Source: an uncultured Oscillospiraceae bacterium (GTDB lineage Bacteria > Bacillota > Clostridia > Christensenellales > CAG-138). Taken from it: a DNA stretch of 64,000 nucleotides. The stretch is taken from positions 1,859-65,858 of the forward strand of contig CAZBBX010000009.1 of the NCBI GenBank assembly GCA_964490325.1, in the 5' to 3' direction. This document shows positions 60,657-64,000 of this stretch, piece by piece. The position numbers and the translations under genes are program-made. Below the pieces are notes generated by a model. The model made no database searches. It had not been told where the DNA came from and saw only the letters and a list, made by a program, of their open reading frames with translations. The first letter of the stretch is position 1, and the number at the start of each line of letters is the position of its first letter.

Positions 60657-61697
60657 ATGGCTATGAAAGGCAACAAATACGGCACGCATCGCGTCATCGA
60701 GCCCAAGGGCGTCCTTACGCAGGCGGCCTATCGCATCGACAACGACATGTCCAAGCGCTACAGCAACGAGATCATCTGCGACGTTATCTCGCTGAACATC
60801 GATTCCGCGTCCTTCACCCAGATCGAGGAGGCCTGCGGCGGCGATGAGCAAAAGATCGGCGAGATGATCCTTGGCATCGTGGCGGAACGCGGCAAGCAGC
60901 AAAATCCCGTCACGGGCAGCGGCGGCATGTTCATCGGCCGCGTGGCGTACATCGGCGAGGATCTGATGGATCGCGACCTGAAGGTCGGCGATAAGATCGC
61001 GTCGCTGGTGTCCCTGTCCCTCACCCCGCTGCGCATCGATTGCATCAAGGCCATCCACAAGGACATCGACCGCGTGGACATCGATGGGCAGGCCGTTCTG
61101 TTTGAAAGCGGCATCTACGCAAAGCTGCCCGACGACATGTCCGAACCGCTGGCGCTGGCAGCCTTGGATGTGGCGGGCGCTCCCGCACAGGCAAGGCGTC
61201 TTCCCAAGGAGGGCGACAGCGTCCTCATCTTGGGTGCAAACGGCAAGAGCGGTGTGCTCTGCGGCTACGAGGCGATGAAGAAGGTCGGCAAGAGCGGCCG
61301 CGTCGTGGGCGTGGTGCGCAATCCCAAGCAGGTCCCCGCGCTGATGGAGCTGGGCGTGTATCACGAGGTCGTCGTGGCCTCCGCCACCGAGCCTGTTAGC
61401 GTATTAAACGCTGCCTTGGCGGCCAACGGCGGCAAGGAGTACGACCTGTCCATCTCCTGCGTGAACGTTGAAAACTGCGAGATGAGCGCCATCCTGCCCG
61501 TTCGCGACAACGGCGTGGTGTACTTCTTCTCCATGGCGACCAGCTTTACCAAGGCGGCCTTGGGCGCCGAGGGCGTGGGCAAGGACGTGACCATGATCGT
61601 GGGCAACGGCTACGCCAAGGACCATGCCGAGATCACCCTCAACGTGCTGCGCGAGAATCCCAAGCTGCGGCAGCTGTTTGACGAAAAATACGTATAA
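60657..61697 (+). CDS. kdd: L-erythro-3,5-diaminohexanoate dehydrogenase
   Basis: 346-aa ORF with an MDR-like fold and a GANGKSG dinucleotide motif. Its position between kce and kamA is as in known lysine fermentation clusters. Confidence 0.75.
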   Translation: MAMKGNKYGTHRVIEPKGVLTQAAYRIDNDMSKRYSNEIICDVISLNIDSASFTQIEEACGGDEQKIGEMILGIVAERGKQQNPVTGSGGMFIGRVAYIGEDLMDRDLKVGDKIASLVSLSLTPLRIDCIKAIHKDIDRVDIDGQAVLFESGIYAKLPDDMSEPLALAALDVAGAPAQARRLPKEGDSVLILGANGKSGVLCGYEAMKKVGKSGRVVGVVRNPKQVPALMELGVYHEVVVASATEPVSVLNAALAANGGKEYDLSISCVNVENCEMSAILPVRDNGVVYFFSMATSFTKAALGAEGVGKDVTMIVGNGYAKDHAEITLNVLRENPKLRQLFDEKYV

Positions 61698-61712
61698 GGA
61701 ACGGAGGCGCTT

Positions 61713-62963
61713 ATGCGGCAAGGCAGAATGAACGGACTGTTTCGCGACGTGCCCGACGCGCAGTGGAACGACTGGCAGTGGCAGGTCAAAAACCGCGTCG
61801 AGACGCTGGAGCAGCTCAAGAGCTATCTGACCCTCACTCCCGAGGAGGAGGCGGGCGTAGCGGCCTGCTTAGGTACGCTGCGCATGGCGATCACGCCCTA
61901 CTATCTCTCCTTGATCGACCCGACGGATCCCTTCGACCCCATCCGCCGTCAATGCGTTCCCACCGCTAAGGAGCTTGTCGCCGCACCGGAGGATCAGCTC
62001 GATCCCCTGCATGAGGACGCCGACTCCCCCGTGCGCGGACTGACGCATCGCTATCCCGACCGCGTGCTGCTCTTGATCACCGATCAATGCTCCATGTACT
62101 GCCGTCACTGCACCCGCCGCCGTTTTGCGGGGCAGCACGACTGCAGTCTGCCTGCCGAGCAGATCGACCGCTGCATCGAGTACATCCGCGAGCATAAGGA
62201 GGTGCGGGACGTGCTGCTTTCGGGCGGAGACGCGCTGATGGTCAGCGACGAACGCCTCCGGTACATCCTTACAAAGCTCCGCGCCATCGAGCATGTGGAG
62301 ATCATCCGCATCGGGTCGCGCACCCCCGTGGTGCTGCCCCAGCGGATCACGCCGCAGCTTTGCGCGCTCCTTAAGGAGTTCCATCCGCTGTGGCTGAACA
62401 CCCACTTCAATCACCCCAACGAGATCACCGCAGATTCCGCCAAGGCCTGCGCCATGCTGGCGGACGCGGGTATCCCCTTGGGCAACCAGAGCGTGCTGCT
62501 GGCGGGGGTGAACGACTGCGTGCATGTGATGACCACCCTTGTGCATGAGCTGGTCAAGCTGCGTGTGCGTCCGTACTACATCTATCAGTGCGACCTGTCG
62601 ATGGGGCTGAAGCACTTCCGCACCCCCGTCAGCAAGGGCATCGAGATCATCGAGGCGCTGCGCGGACATACCAGCGGCTTTGCCGTGCCCACCTTCGTGG
62701 TGGATGCGCCGGGCGGCGGCGGCAAGATCCCCGTCATGCCCAACTACCTCATCTCGGAGAGCCCCTCCCGCGTGGTGCTGCGTAACTTTGAGGGCGTCAT
62801 CACGAGCTATACCCAGCCCGAGGACTATCACGAAAGCTGCCACTGCCCCGTCTGTACGGGCAAAAAGCAGGCTCCCGCGTTGGGCGTGGCGGCCTTGGAG
62901 CAGGGCAAGCTGCTTTCCTTGGAGCCGAAGGGCTTGGCGCGCAGCGAGCGCCACAAGGGATAA
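61713..62963 (+). CDS. kamA: L-lysine 2,3-aminomutase (radical SAM)
   Basis: 416-aa ORF with the CSMYCRHCTRR radical-SAM cluster motif and KamA family blocks (LLSGGDALM, NTHFNHPNE). Confidence 0.92.
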   Translation: MRQGRMNGLFRDVPDAQWNDWQWQVKNRVETLEQLKSYLTLTPEEEAGVAACLGTLRMAITPYYLSLIDPTDPFDPIRRQCVPTAKELVAAPEDQLDPLHEDADSPVRGLTHRYPDRVLLLITDQCSMYCRHCTRRRFAGQHDCSLPAEQIDRCIEYIREHKEVRDVLLSGGDALMVSDERLRYILTKLRAIEHVEIIRIGSRTPVVLPQRITPQLCALLKEFHPLWLNTHFNHPNEITADSAKACAMLADAGIPLGNQSVLLAGVNDCVHVMTTLVHELVKLRVRPYYIYQCDLSMGLKHFRTPVSKGIEIIEALRGHTSGFAVPTFVVDAPGGGGKIPVMPNYLISESPSRVVLRNFEGVITSYTQPEDYHESCHCPVCTGKKQAPALGVAALEQGKLLSLEPKGLARSERHKG

Positions 62964-62968
62964 GGCCT

Positions 62969-64000
62969 ATGGAGCGGAAACTGCATTTGGAGCAAGCCGA
63001 GGTGAATGCCGCACGCGCAAGCGCGGCGCACATCGCGGCGGATACGCAGGCCTTCATCGACAAGCACAGCACCGTGACGGTGGAACGCACGATCTGCCGC
63101 CTGCTGGGCATCGACGGCGTCAACGAGTACGAGGTGCCGCTGCCCAACGTCCTTGTCGATCAGCTCAAGGAAAAGGGGCTGCTCTCGCGGGGTGCCGCCT
63201 ATGCGGTGGGCACCGCCATGCTGGACACGGGCTTTACGCCGCAGCAGATCGCCGAGGCGGTCAACGCGGGCACGCTCGATCTTGGCCGCTTGGCCGCGCA
63301 CGATGCAGAGGAGATCCGCGACGCGGTCTACCCCTATGCTGTGGCAATGACCGAACGCATCCGCGAAAACGTGGCGGTGCGGGACGCCTATCTTGCGGAC
63401 TACGGCGACAAGCAGGGGCCTTACCTCTATGTCATCGTGGCCACGGGCAACATCTATGAGGACATCACCCAAGCCCGCGCAGCCGCCAAGCAGGGCGCGG
63501 ACGTCATAGCCGTCATCCGCACCACGGGGCAGAGCCTCCTTGACTATGTTCCCTTTGGCGCGACCACGGAGGGCTTCGGCGGGACCTATGCCACGCAGGA
63601 GAACTTCCGCCTCATGCGCGCCGCGCTGGACGAGGTGGGCGAGGAGCAAAGGCGCTACATCCGCCTGTGCAACTACTGCTCGGGGCTGTGTATGCCCGAG
63701 ATCGCCGCGATGGGCGCAATGGAGCGCTTGGACGTGATGCTGAACGATGCGCTCTACGGCATCCTCTTCCGCGATATCAACATGCAGCGCACGCTCATCG
63801 ACCAGTACTTCTCCCGCGTGATCAACGGCTTTGCAGGCGTTATCATCAACACGGGCGAGGACAACTATCTCACCACCGCCGATGCGGTGGAGGAGGCGCA
63901 CACCGTGCTGGCCTCTCAGCTTCTCAACGAGCAGTTTGCCCTGCTCGCGGGGCTGCCGGAGGAGCAGATGGGCTTGGGGCACGCCTTTGAGATCGATCCC
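62969..64000 (+). CDS. kamD: beta-lysine/D-lysine 5,6-aminomutase alpha subunit (3' end outside window)
   Basis: Absent from the track because there is no stop in the window. Hand translation from ATG 62969 gives MERKLHLEQAEVNAARASAAHIAADTQAFIDKHSTVTVERTICRLLGIDG...VIVATGNIYEDITQARAAAKQGADVIAVIRTTGQSLLDYVPFGATTEGFGGTYATQENF... and stays open to 64000. Confidence 0.85.
   Translation, partial: MERKLHLEQAEVNAARASAAHIAADTQAFIDKHSTVTVERTICRLLGIDGVNEYEVPLPNVLVDQLKEKGLLSRGAAYAVGTAMLDTGFTPQQIAEAVNAGTLDLGRLAAHDAEEIRDAVYPYAVAMTERIRENVAVRDAYLADYGDKQGPYLYVIVATGNIYEDITQARAAAKQGADVIAVIRTTGQSLLDYVPFGATTEGFGGTYATQENFRLMRAALDEVGEEQRRYIRLCNYCSGLCMPEIAAMGAMERLDVMLNDALYGILFRDINMQRTLIDQYFSRVINGFAGVIINTGEDNYLTTADAVEEAHTVLASQLLNEQFALLAGLPEEQMGLGHAFEIDP

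Noticed and set aside
1-64000. tRNA, rRNA, prophage or IS elements
   Set aside because: No cloverleaf-like GC-rich 75-nt units, rRNA-like conserved stretches, phage structural genes or transposase motifs (DDE, HUH, serine or tyrosine recombinase) were seen on either strand. tRNAscan and Infernal were not run.

Overview
This is a 64-kb chromosomal window from a high-GC, endospore-forming Clostridia-type Firmicute. That origin is inferred from spoIIP-gpr-spoIVA, yabM-mazG-hup synteny, sigmaE-type promoters and a lysine-fermentation operon. It looks Oscillospiraceae-like, which I cannot verify here. There are about 60 genes, mostly housekeeping and tightly packed, with many ATGA/GTGA start-stop overlaps. 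In order they are: feoAB plus three coupled downstream genes; an AraC regulator; glpK; a complete shikimate/chorismate operon (aroF-aroB-aroA-aroC-CM-aroE/K-aroQ); an nfnAB-like oxidoreductase; a YtrA-type GntR with an ABC transporter; mutY; a cell-wall peptidase; yabM-mazG-hup; an M29 aminopeptidase; MscS; a PuuR-like regulator with potABCD; a sortase cluster; infC-rpmI-rplT with an L20-type leader; a transglutaminase-like protein; MscL; a metal ABC importer; spoIIP, gpr, spoIVA and degV; and a lysine-riboswitch-led kal-kce-kdd-kamA-kamD operon. The clear outlier is a ~4.3-kb AT-rich island (32635-36956) inserted at the mscS terminator and bounded by a duplicated terminator hairpin. It carries one 1305-aa gene: an Upf1/DNA2-type SF1 helicase split by a ~430-aa coiled coil, fused to a single-HKD PLD nuclease and two zinc ribbons. 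This is my top candidate for a single-gene anti-phage defence system, possibly an undescribed variant of the Mokosh type II architecture. Two other signals remain unexplained. One is a multi-hairpin intergenic repeat family at four loci, one copy of which is also flanked by a duplicated terminator. The other is a ~220-nt GC-rich structured-RNA candidate with a consensus promoter, upstream of a zinc-ribbon protein gene. I recognised no rRNA, tRNA, CRISPR array, transposase or integrase. All coordinates of hand-called starts, motifs and hairpins were read by eye and should be recomputed.
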